Positions 1 to 9,958 of a DNA stretch of 45,011 nucleotides are shown in pieces. The notes under the pieces were generated by a model that saw only the letters and a program-made list of their open reading frames with translations, made no database searches and was not told the DNA's origin. How positions within the stretch are numbered: position 1 is the first letter of the stretch; the number at the start of each line of letters is the position of its first letter. Made by a program: the position numbers and the translations under genes. The stretch spans positions 34,109,487 through 34,154,497 of the forward strand of contig NC_068992.1 of NCBI RefSeq assembly GCF_001194135.2, read 5' to 3'. This stretch comes from Octopus bimaculoides (lineage: Eukaryota).

Positions 1-310
1 ACATATAACAGGCAGTCGTCTCTATACAAACCTCCCCTAACCCTAGGGAATTGATCATTTAATTCATAGAGGATAAATGATCCCACCATATCAGCTATTT
101 GAGCTGAGTCGGAACTTCCCATGGCAACATCAAATGCGCCAGGGGTATCTTTCCTTACCCATATCTTATCTTTAAAGCTAATAAACGATTTCCTTGCTGC
201 TGTTATAACTTTAAATTCTTCTTTAGTGAGGCCTGCTTTTTTATGGAAGAACCACATTGCCTTGAGAGTGGTGAATAAATCGATATATCAAATTTGAAGT
301 CTCTGTCTCT
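1..310 (-). mobile_element. Penelope-like element (Naiad-type) reverse transcriptase fragment, runs off the left window edge
   Basis: Minus strand translates openly as ...KKAGLTKEEFKVITAARKSFISFKDKIWVRKDTPGAFDVAMGSSDSAQIADMVGSFILYELNDQFPRVRGGLYRDDCLLY. This has the FD(V/I)xMGxxD and GLYRDD motifs of PLE RTs. An FDI motif lies upstream across a frameshift. No ATG, so it is absent from the ORF track. Confidence 0.85.
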
Positions 311-429
311 TTTGAATATGAAAATTTAAAAGTTTAAAAACCTTATAATATATATATATATATATATACACACAACATACGAATACTTATGTATACGCAA
401 GTATACACACATATATATGCACGTATGCA

Positions 430-758
430 CCCGGTGCTCTATGAACATTTAATGTGGTTTTAGAGTCAAGTTTTGGCTGCTATATCTAGCATATTGGCAT
501 CTCTTTAATTATAATTTTGATAATAATTATTACCAATAAGGTTTTTATTCCCATGCTAGCCACCTGATAAGATCGGTATTTTAAATAACGATCATATCCT
601 TATTTATATAAATTTATATATTTACTTCGTCATTATATTCACAACAGTGGTATTTTGACCATATCTCATGAGGTGTTTAGGCAGGCAATTTAAACTGGTC
701 GTGTGCATACGTGCATATATATGTGTGTATACGTGCATATATGTAAGTATTCATATGT

Positions 759-795
<37 letters not shown>

Positions 796-1115
796 ATTTA
801 TGTATTATTTTGTGTATATTCCACTGATGAAGGCAAAGCATTTCTTAAGCAGAGCCAGGAATCTGGGATATGGAATTATCCAATAATTTTTTTCTAGTTT
901 ATTTTGTCTCTTTGTCTTCTCCCCTGGTGCTGTATGAACATTTAGTGTGGTTTTAGAGTCAAAGTTTGGCTGCTATATCTAGAATGGTAGTATCTCTTAG
1001 ATACTCTTAATTATAATTTTAATAATAATTATTACCAATAAGGTTTTTATTCCCATGCTAGCCACCTGATATGATTGGTATTTTAAATAATGATCTTATC
1101 CTTATTTTATATAAA
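430..1115. repeat. Two diverged ~185-bp direct repeats (430-612 and 921-1115), possibly PLE pseudo-LTR relics
   Basis: Both copies read ggtgct(c/g)tatgaacattta.tgtggttttagagtcaa...ggctgctatatctag...ttaccaataaggtttttattcccatgctagccacctgata...atccttattt. Confidence 0.85.
818..876 (+). ncRNA. Degenerate type I hammerhead ribozyme-like motif
   Basis: attcca(818-823)-CTGATGA(824-830)-aggc...gcc(854-856)-aggaa instead of GAAA-tc tgg ga-TA-tggaat(871-876). Stems I, II and III are in the right order, but the GAAA half is mutated. Confidence 0.5.
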
Positions 1116-1118
1116 TAA

Positions 1119-1159
<41 letters not shown>

Positions 1160-1215
1160 AACATATATATAGCAAATGAAAGATAGAAGATGGAATATAC
1201 GAGAATTTATTATTA

Positions 1216-1321
1216 ATCACAACAATTGTTTAGCCATATCTAGTATCGATTCCTCTTGGGTGGGACACTCAACAACTGGTGCAGGAGCATCCAGTGGTGC
1301 AGATGTATCTCGTCAGGTGAT
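1216..1321 (-). ncRNA. Type I hammerhead ribozyme relic (CUGACGA half intact, GAAA half damaged)
   Basis: Minus strand: atcac-CTGACGA-gatacatct...agatatggc-TAAA-caattg-tt-gtgat. Confidence 0.7.
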
Positions 1322-2054
1322 AAATAAATACAACTCACTGAAATGACTGTTCCGCAATGTTACTTTCCGTTTTGTAGAGAAAAAAGCAGCTAGATGGAGG
1401 AAATATCTTTGGCAGATTTTGTATGGTGACCGAAGGAGGAGAAAGCGAAGTACAGCATTAATTGATCCATAGTAAGGTATGCAAAACCATACAATATAAT
1501 TTCCTGGAGATGCCGTCTCTACTCCGAGGAATCGCTGTCTATTCTGTGGACTAACGAGAAAATAATTAATACAATTTCTGAACAACTCTCGAGATGCCTA
1601 CACACATATAAATATACTTTCACACAATGCAGTGAGAATGAATTCTGAGTGACTGTTAACTTACCTTAATTTACTCTAAGGTATGGATGACTTAAGTTTA
1701 CTTTCAACCTCCCCACTCTTATAAACACCAAGTAGATAAGCTAACTCGTTTTGTGATCATGAGTGCACCAAACCTCATATGTGCGTATGCTCACATTTTT
1801 GTGCATGGTATGAGTGAGTGTACTCATGCCACACAGCTTCCTTGAGGGCGTTTATACATCTATACCTGTTAACAGTTATTTTTTAATACTTTTCTCACTG
1901 GATTGTATGTTCGTTTCTCTTTTTGTCATCTGTGATTTTATTTTTGATATTCTATATAAAGGAAGAAATTTCCTCTGTCTGGCTGCTTTTCTCTTTACAA
2001 AATGGAAAGTTAGTTACATTACAGAACAGTCATTTTAATGAGTTGCATTTTTTT

Positions 2055-2160
2055 ATCACCCGACAAGATACATCTGCACCACTGGATGCTCCCGAACCAG
2101 TCGTTGAGTGTCCCACCCAAGAGGAATCGATGCTAGATGTGTCGAAACAATTGTCGTGAT
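2055..2160 (+). ncRNA. Type I hammerhead ribozyme relic (GAAA/GUC half intact, CUGANGA damaged)
   Basis: atcac(2055-2059)-ccgacaa-gatacatct(2067-2075)...agatgtgtc(2135-2143)-GAAA-caattg-TC-gtgat(2156-2160). Confidence 0.7.
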
Positions 2161-2301
2161 TAATAATAAATTCTCATATATTCCATCTTCTGTATTTCAT
2201 TTACCGTATACCTAACGATCACTTTGAAAGTGACCATGCTTTTCCAATAAGCTATCAGGTGTAAACCATTCGTCTTACTATCCATATGTATATATATATA
2301 T

Positions 2302-2403
2302 ATGGGAGAATATACAAAAAATAACAACAGACGAGGACAGGTGGTGTAAATAACAAAAGTATATATTAGTATGACGCTCGGGAATACGGAAAGTCTTTGA
2401 CGT
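2302..2403 (-). repeat. Truncated dispersed repeat (same family as 19065-19365), pseudo-LTR-like
   Basis: Shares ggtgtaaa(t/c)aacaaaag.t.tattagt.t.a.gctcgggaa..g.aaagtcttt with 19095-19151, and is cut off by a (TA)n run. Confidence 0.65.
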
Positions 2404-2527
2404 ATATATATATATATAGATATATAAACTGTATTTGAATAATAATACGAATCATAACTTTAATGGTGTGGGCTCCCAGATTAGGAACTTGAGCAATGTT
2501 GATTGTCCTATTAAAGGTAGTGTTAAC

Positions 2528-2759
2528 AATAATAATAATCCTTTGTACTAAAGGCACAAGGTCTGAAATTTGTGGCGAGGGGATTAGTTGATTACATTGA
2601 CCACTGTTTCACTGGTACTTAATTTATTTTCTCCAAAAGGATGAAAGACAAAGTTGACCTTGGTGGAATTTGAACTCAGACAACACAGACGACTCCCAGT
2701 GACAGCCGAAATACTGCTAAGCAATTCACCCGGCATGCTAACAATTCTGCCAGCTTGCC
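2528..2759 (-). mobile_element. tRNA-derived SINE, family A
   Basis: Minus strand starts ggcaagctggcagaattgttagc (A-box-like) and has a gagttcaaattcc B box, a taagtaccagt core and a (TTA)n tail. Homologous to 14575-14791. Confidence 0.8.
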
Positions 2760-2769
2760 AAATAATAAT

Positions 2770-3920
2770 AATCAGAAACAGAGGGGTTTATCATAGCAGC
2801 CCAAGATCAATGCCTACCTACAAAGAACTACCAGGCCAACATGTTAAAGAACGGCAGCTCCCCATTATGTCGTATATGCCGACAACAAAATGAGACCATC
2901 GATCATGTTGCCTCCATGTGCAGTCTGCTTGCACCTACAGAGTATCTCAACAGGCATGATAGAGCTGCACAATATATTCACTGGGTAATATGCAAAAAAC
3001 TGGACTTGCCCCATTATAAAAACTGGTGGGAACACAAACCACCCCCAGTACTTGAAAATGATCACATCGCACTCCTCTGGAACTTCACCATTCAAACTGA
3101 CAGAAAGATAGATGTAAATNNNNNNNNNNNNNNNNNNNNNNNNNNNNNNNNNNNNNNNNNNNNNNNNNNNNNNNNNNNNNNNNNNNNNNNNNNNNNNNNN
3201 NNNNNNNNNNNNNNNNNNNNNNNNNNNNNNNNNNNNNNNNNNNNNNNNNNNNNNNNNNNNNNNNNNNNNNNNNNNNNNNNNNNNNNNNNNNNNNNNNNNN
3301 NNNNNNNNNNNNNNNNNNNNNNNNNNNNNNNNNNNNNNNNNNNNNNNNNNNNNNNNNNNNNNNNNNNNNNNNNNNNNNNNNNNNNNNNNNNNNNNNNNNN
3401 NNNNNNNNNNNNNNNNNNNNNNNNNNNNNNNNNNNNNNNNNNNNNNNNNNNNNNNNNNNNNNNNNNNNNNNNNNNNNNNNNNNNNNNNNNNNNNNNNNNN
3501 NNNNNNNNNNNNNNNNNNNNNNNNNNNNNNNNNNNNNNNNNNNNNNNNNNNNNNNNNNNNNNNNNNNNNNNNNNNNNNNNNNNNNNNNNNNNNNNNNNNN
3601 NNNNNNNNNNNNNNNNNNNNNNNNNNNNNNNNNNNNNNNNNNNNNNNNNNNNNNNNNNNNNNNNNNNNNNNNNNNNNNNNNNNNNNNNNNNNNNNNNNNN
3701 NNNNNNNNNNNNNNNNNNNNNNNNNNNNNNNNNNNNNNNNNNNNNNNNNNNNNNNNNNNNNNNNNNNNNNNNNNNNNNNNNNNNNNNNNCTATGTACAAA
3801 TCCAAATATATGGTACCCTAAGCATAACACCTACATGAACTTCTAACTTGTTGTCTCTTGAGGTCTCTGGGTGAGACTTGGATCCAACTTGTACAAATGC
3901 AAAGCAAAAGTCAAACATGA

Positions 3921-3965
<45 letters not shown>
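2770..3965 (+). mobile_element. 5'-truncated R4/Dong-like non-LTR retrotransposon, interrupted by an assembly gap
   Basis: SETEGFIIAAQDQCL, CCHC knuckle CRICRQQNETIDHVASMC, RHD, and WEHKPPPVLENDHIALLWNFTIQTDRK leading toward the RLE domain. After the gap there is a short 3' UTR and an (AAT)n tail. Confidence 0.85.
3120..3789. other. Assembly gap (N run)
   Basis: 670 consecutive N. Confidence 0.99.
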
Positions 3966-3967
<2 letters not shown>

Positions 3968-3994
3968 GAAGAAGAAGAAGAAGAAGAAGAAGAA
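3921..3994. repeat. (AAT)n followed by (AAG)n microsatellite
   Basis: Seen directly. Confidence 0.97.
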
Positions 3995-4019
3995 TAGTAC
4001 TATTAAAAATAAGAATAAT

Positions 4020-5460
4020 AGTGATAACAGAGAAAAATTAGGTTTTAGGTTATTGAAAAAAAATCAACAAATGTCAAAGTAATTGTAATAGCGTTGGACC
4101 TGTGCTGAATAACATTGACAAAAATTGATATTGTAAACACCAATGTAATTTATAGTAATGATAATAATGGTTGTGCCAGGCATAATAAAATTGATAATAC
4201 TAAGAATAATGTTAACAATACTGATAGTTCAAACAGTCCCACTAAAACATGCAGATTTAGTTATCACACACCAAAAAGTCGGTGGAACTCATGCATTGAT
4301 GACATAATATGGTTAAATCTACCTTGGTCTAATAATATGATTATGCAATTATCTAAGAAATTTCTTGCTGCTTTAGAGAAGAATTTCCCTTTATTTAGTA
4401 AATATCACCATATTTTTATTAAATGTAAAATAAGAATTTCTTTCTCAACTTTACCTAATTTAGTGAACATTATTGCAGACATTAAAAAGAATAATATTAA
4501 TAGTTTTACTTGTTACAATCTAAATAATAATAATTTCTAATAATGACAATCGTAATTACAACCCCAATGATGACAACAACAGCAGCAACAACTTCTGATC
4601 ATAACTGCCAACTGACTGCTACAAACTCCAACCACCTTATCTCCTTTGACAGTTGCAAAATCTATAATAGAGGTGGCAGTTATGTGCACAGTAATTATAA
4701 CAACATGAATTTTGACCTAGATAAGAGTGAAACCAATTGGTGTAGCACCAGTAAAGGTTTTGATATTGGTGATGACTATATAAATAACATAAATTATGAT
4801 AATTACTGACAACAATATTAACAACCCATGCAACAGCATCAAGAATTAACCTTGCAGTGGCAATACTATTACAAATATCACCAACTCCATTGACTCTTGT
4901 GTAATCCTTGATAATACGAGTGATTCTAATCGAACTAACAATGATTATTACTCTGTAAACTGCACAAGAACATTTTAATATTCCTACTAACAACACAGAG
5001 AATATTAATGTCCATAAGTCTCATAAGTTATGTAACTGTCAAAATAGACACCTACGTGCACTTAATAATTTATACCTCACTATAATTATTATCTATAGAA
5101 GTGATATACAATCTAATCTGACCACATTTACCAACATCAGTTCAACAGCTTGAGAATTGAAGTAAAGATTCTATAATCCTTCTCATAACTTTCACTCATG
5201 GAAAAAATTAGGGAATTAAAAAAAAGTTTTTAAAAATTCTAACTTACCTGGAGCATAATCAAACTTGCATTACTCTATTCAAATGATAAGTATGGGTATA
5301 GGCTTTGCTGCACCAAGTTATGGGAAATACTAAAATATTCAAGTAATGTCCTTTATAAATTTTGTTCCCTAAGGGAGAAATACTTGCATTACATTAGAAA
5401 CACATTCTTAGACTTCAGACATCTTATCTGATATATTTTGAAGTACTTACTACTTAATCC
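4020..5460 (+). mobile_element. Degenerate Penelope-like (Naiad-type) 3' ORF: linker plus GIY-YIG endonuclease, with Asn/Thr-rich inserts
   Basis: IIWLNLPWSNNMIMQLSKKFLAALEKNFPLFSKYHHIFIKCKIRISFSTLPNL resembles the IIWFNPPYS...KISYS.MPN linker. CNCQNRHL...IIIYRS at ~5030 and STA*ELK*RFYN...WSIIKLALLYSN at ~5140-5290 resemble the GIY-YIG region. Contains stops and frameshifts. Confidence 0.75.
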
Positions 5461-5769
5461 CTAATCTCTTAGCATTTATTTATGTAACTTAGTTGAGCGT
5501 ATGCATCTCACTTAAGTACTAAATAATATTTATAACAACCTGTAATTTATACTTTAGTTTGACTTTGTTGATCACCTACCTCCAGAACTTACCACTTCTT
5601 AGTTTACCAACTAACAAGTTACATTGTGTTATTTGCTGCCTACTATCACATTGATTCACATTTCTATGTTCAGAAATTTGTAAAATACTTGACTGCCCAG
5701 TGTATGACTCCCTTAGTTCCTATGTCCTTTATTGTTAACACTTTTAAATTTATGAATATAGGTGTTTAC

Positions 5770-5831
5770 ATCTATCTGTTTATCTATCAATCAATCTATC
5801 TATCTATTTATTTCTCTCTCTCTCTCTCTTG

Positions 5832-5887
<56 letters not shown>
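5770..5887. repeat. Compound (TCTA)n/(TC)n/(TA)n microsatellite
   Basis: Seen directly. Confidence 0.95.
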
Positions 5888-5890
<3 letters not shown>

Positions 5891-5929
5891 TGTTTGTTTT
5901 TATGTTCTATTATAAAAAAAAAAAATAAA

Positions 5930-6560
5930 ACATTAATCTGATGGGTTACTCTATACTCTTGTAGAGTACACATTTATTATTCTTAAACAAGAATCTTGTT
6001 AACAATGACTTTGAAGCTTCAATCATCTGAGCCATCATCAGACTATAATGCATTAGAGTTAGCCTTACTTTTATATATTCTCTGTTGAATTAAAATCTTC
6101 TTTGGATGTATGGTTTTGAGTGGAGTGGTAATTAAGTTTTTATGGTTGGTTGTTATGGAGAGGTGTCTTGGAGAAATTTTAATTGATTAAATTTGGGCTC
6201 ATGTTATTGTTTATGCATGTAGAACTTTTGTTAGATAGGTACAAGGTGTGACAGTATTTTTGTTACTTTTGGTGTTATTGGATTTAAATCTTTTGCTTTG
6301 ACAATGTAAACATCAAAAGTGCAATGTCCCATGTTTGAGCCCTTAGTAATTGGGTGTGACCACTTTTTTTCCACGAAAGAATGTAGGTAGGTGGTAGTTT
6401 TAGGCTGGTCATTTCTTTATTTGTTGTTGTTATTTAAGTTATTTCTTGTTTACATTTGTAAGGTGGGGGGTTATTAGTCAGGCATGTCATGACTTTGTTA
6501 GTATATACAATTGTTTCTCTTGTGCTTTGATGTTCACAAAATATTTGAGTAAAGATATAT
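5930..6560 (-). mobile_element. Highly decayed Penelope-like 3' end (GIY-YIG remnant and terminal region)
   Basis: Minus-strand fragments STRETIVYTNKV and FDVYIVKAKDLNPIT parallel CNTETVVYE and the 'WxIxxKAKPYxPIT' C-terminus. These are followed by a ctgatga motif (~6045) and aataaa. Confidence 0.45.
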
Positions 6561-6650
6561 GTCTATATGTTTCTCTCTAGGCGTTCATTGTTCTATAAGC
6601 TAGAAATGCTATCAATTGCAAAGCATTAAATGAGTGGATAATTAAAATAA

Positions 6651-7293
6651 CCGGACATGTGGTGAGAATGGATGAGGATAGCTGCGTGAAAAGAGGTAGG
6701 CCCAGGAAGACCTGGGCTGAGGTGGTGAGGCAAGACTTTCGTACATTGGGCCTCACCAAGGCGATGACTACTGACCGAGACCTTTGGAAATGTGCTGTGC
6801 GTGAGAAGACCCGGCAAGCCAAGTAAGATTGTTGCCAGTGCCCCTGGACTGGCTCTTGTGCGGGTGGCACATGAGATGCACCATTTTGAGCGTGGCCGTT
6901 GCCGGTACCGCCTGACTGGATCCCGTAGGATTTTCGAGTGAGATCGTTGCCAGTGCCCCTGGACTGGCTTGTGNNNNNNNNNNNNNNNNNNNNNNNNNNN
7001 NNNNNNNNNNNNNNNNNNNNNNNNNNNNNNNNNNNNNNNNNNNNNNNNNNNNNNNNNNNNNNNNNNNNNNNNNCACCATTTCGAGCGTGGCCGTTTTCGT
7101 GCGGGTGACACGTAAAAGCACCCACTACACTCTCTGAGTGGTTGGCATTAGGAAGGGCATCCAGCTGTAGAAACTCTGCCAAATTAGATTGGAGCCTGGT
7201 GTTGCCATCCGGTTTCACCAGTCCTCAGTCAAATCGTCCAACCCATGCTAGCATGGAAAGCGGATGTTAAACGATGATGATGATGATGATGAT
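6651..7293 (+). mobile_element. Young 5'-truncated RTE (BovB-like) LINE 3' end with (GAT)n tail
   Basis: GHVVRMDEDSCVKRGRPRKTWAEVVRQDFRTLGLTKAMTTDRDLWKCAVREKTRQAK*, then a 3' UTR with a ~115-bp tandem unit (starts at 6827 and 6942) and a gatgatgat tail. Near-identical to 21479-21743 and 42305-42451. Confidence 0.92.
6974..7073. other. Assembly gap (100-N placeholder)
   Basis: Exactly 100 N. Confidence 0.99.
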
Positions 7294-9769
7294 TAAGCTG
7301 AACAGAAATTACAAAAATAAAATTATTCAAGTATATACACCAACTGGTGTCAGTGATGATGAAGAGATTGAAGTATTTTACAGGCAGCTTGACTGCCATC
7401 CAAGAAAAGTGAACCATACTTTAGTGATAGGTGATTTTGATGCAGAGGTGGACATTAGGAATAATAAAAGTGAAAATGTTACTGGAAATTATATATCTGG
7501 AATAAGAAGTGAAAGTGCAAAAAGATTATTTCAATTCACATGTTACAAAAAAACGAGAACAGTGAGGATCTTTTTTATTAAAGGAAGTGCCAGAAAATAG
7601 ACAGAATGAGAAAATATTTGATTTCCTACTTTCAAATGGCCAAAATATAGTTCAGGACATGATGGCTACCAATGAAGTGAACATTGGAAGTAACCAGAGA
7701 CTTGTCAAAAGCAAAATAAAAATAAACACAACTAAAGAAAGGAACAAATAACTAAGGAAGTCACAAAGAATTTGCATGGAAAACCTCATACCAAAAGTCT
7801 CAGAATTCCAGTTAGCCTTGAAAAATAGATTTGATACACTTTGAAACAAGACAGTAGCAAAACCAAGGAGACAATGAATATTATAACTGAGACAATAAAA
7901 ACACAGCTAAGGAAACTACATTGAACAGAAAAAAAGGCAAAAGACCAAACATTACTGAGAGATATTATCATTTTCATGAATATCTGAAAAACAATGAAAC
8001 AAGACTCATTTGCACAAAACATTGACTATACTGAATTATGTAAAACAATAATGAAAAAACTCAGAGAAAATAAAGGAAAAAGTAAGTCAAATATGGAGAT
8101 GATTAAGGAAACAATTGAAAACAACTAGTCTTAAAAGAAACTAAGCAAAAGATGACTATGGGGCGTAACACAATCATTAACCTAAATGACAAAGATGGAA
8201 AACAACTCACAGAGAAAAGAATAAGAGAATTCTGTGATGACCTATATCAATCAAACAAAGAAGTTTCCCAAACAGTAAAGGGTCCCAGACATTTTGGAGG
8301 CAGAAGTTAGAAATGTTATAAAAGAAATGAAAAACAATAAAACTGCATGTCTAGATGGAATTAAAGTAAACATAATAAAAGTGGTTGAACCAAGTACAGA
8401 GACAGAACTAGCTAAACTATATACTAAACGCCTACGTGTACATAAGATACAGGGTAAGTGAAAGAATTCTGAACTGATCCTGCTTTATGCAATAAAAAGG
8501 GATGCCAAAGTTCTTAAGAACTACAGACCAATCAGCCTGCTATCACACACCTACAAGATCTTCTCAAAGAATATACCAGCAATTTTTGAGAGAAAGCTGG
8601 ATGACAACACTACAGCAGGACAGGCTGGCTTCAGGAAAATCTACTGTACAATTGATCACATAACTGCCATATACCAAATGAGGGAAAAACAGCAAATTTA
8701 CAGCATACCATTATGCTTAACATTTGTAGATTTTGAAAAAGCTTTTGATTCCATGGAAACTGATGATACACTAAGAGACCTGGAGGAGATGGAAAGTGAA
8801 GGAGATTACATGAAGTTATCAGAGAATGTGTACACCAACTGCAGAAGTACAGCAACTATCATCATTAAAGTGATTCATGCCAAGATTGGTAAGGGAATCA
8901 GACAAGAAGACATCATATCACTCAAATTATTCAAATCTGTATTAGTAAAGGTTTTTTTAAAAATTGCATTGATTAGATAAAGGAATAAGTATAAAAGGAT
9001 GCATGCTAAACAATCACAAGTTTGTACTTATTTCCAGAAGCATTAAAGAATCAACAGAAGTGTTCAGAGAACTAAAAGAAGAAAGCAAAATATGTGGATT
9101 CAGAAATGTAGTAATAGATGATAAAATAGTTGAACATGTAAACCAATATACCTATCTTGAACAAATTACATGCTTAAAGGATAAAAATCAGACCAAAGAA
9201 ATTAAATGACAAATACAATTAGGATAGGTATCCTTTGGTAAATTAAATTGCGTCATGAGCAGTAAATTGCCCATGTGTCTAAAAAGAATGGTCTTCAACA
9301 AGTGTGTGCTGCCTACCATTATGTATGCATCAGAAACATGGACTACCAACAAGAGTATTGAAAATAAATTAAGATCAACTCAAAGAGCCATGGAAAGGAA
9401 ACTGTTGAAGATTAACAAAATGGGTAAGTGGAGAAATACAGGAGAAGTGTAGCAGCAGGTTTAACAGATATTACCTGGAAAATGAAAACTCTGAATTAGT
9501 CTTTCGCAGGATACGTGTTTAGAAGAAAGGACAATAGATGAAATACCAAATTGATAGAGTTTGTATCACATCCAGAAAAAAAGGAGAAGAAAACCATGCA
9601 GAAGTTGAAATGAAGATTTTTAAAAATTCTTCAGTACCCAAATATGAATAAGAAAAATATTAGACTGTGGTTTGTATATCAAAATATTGAAATATAGGGG
9701 TAGCTACTTGTTGTTTCACAGCAGTCAATATCATTACAAGATATAGAGCTAACATGAAATTCAAAGTGG

Positions 9770-9958
9770 TCACTTGACCTGATAGAAATAACAGTGTCAT
9801 TTCTCTGAAATGTTACTACCTCACCTTAAAAAAAGAAAGAATATATTGAGCAAAGCTGTCTCAGATGCCTGTAAACAAAAGACAGGATGGTCATGAATTG
9901 ACTGCCTTTAATCATTAACCTGTTCAATCAAGGCTAACCCATAGTTAAACAGCAACGC
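9770..9958 (-). mobile_element. SINE-like dispersed repeat, family D
   Basis: Reverse complement resembles 26235-26455 and 17460-17645 (atgaccatcctgtctttt...tttttttaaggtgaggtag...gctatttc-like). Confidence 0.5.

Larger units (their letters stand above)
1174..2202. repeat. Fold-back pair: ~235-bp inverted repeat (1174-1408 vs 1963-2202), pseudo-LTR-like, ending in aataaa
   Basis: The reverse complement of 1963-2202 aligns almost throughout with 1174-1408 (e.g. tcgattcctcttgggtgggacactcaac.actggt, gagcatccagtggtgcagatgtatc). A weaker inner inverted match exists between ~1625-1660 and ~1866-1906. Confidence 0.92.
6575..9700 (+). mobile_element. Old RTE-clade LINE (APE endonuclease plus RT), degenerate and interrupted by a younger RTE at 6651-7293
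   Basis: IKLNRNYKNKIIQVYTPT and LVIGDFDAEV (APE); KNYRPISLLSHTYKIF, QAGFRK and LCLTFVDFEKAFDS (RT); LPMCLKRMVFNKCVLPTIMYASETW and AGYVFRRKDNR (C-terminus). Many stops and frameshifts. Confidence 0.92.

Noticed and set aside
668-897. ORFs rich in YI/IY, HT, ER, CV or poly-M/H (also 5626, 12681, 16637, 19523, 22795, 25033, 25386, 36339)
   Set aside because: They are translations of (TA)n, (CA)n, (AG)n, (TG)n and (GAT)n microsatellites, not proteins.
2841-3830. Long ORFs spanning N runs (also 6577-7218 and 20793-21572)
   Set aside because: Their length is an artefact of X codons. Only the Dong-like part before 3120 is meaningful.
5151-5153. In-frame TGA in the Naiad-type GIY-YIG region as possible selenocysteine (reported for some Naiad elements)
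   Set aside because: An in-frame TAA follows four codons later, there are frameshifts nearby, the position is not a Cys site, and no SECIS was recognised. This is ordinary decay.
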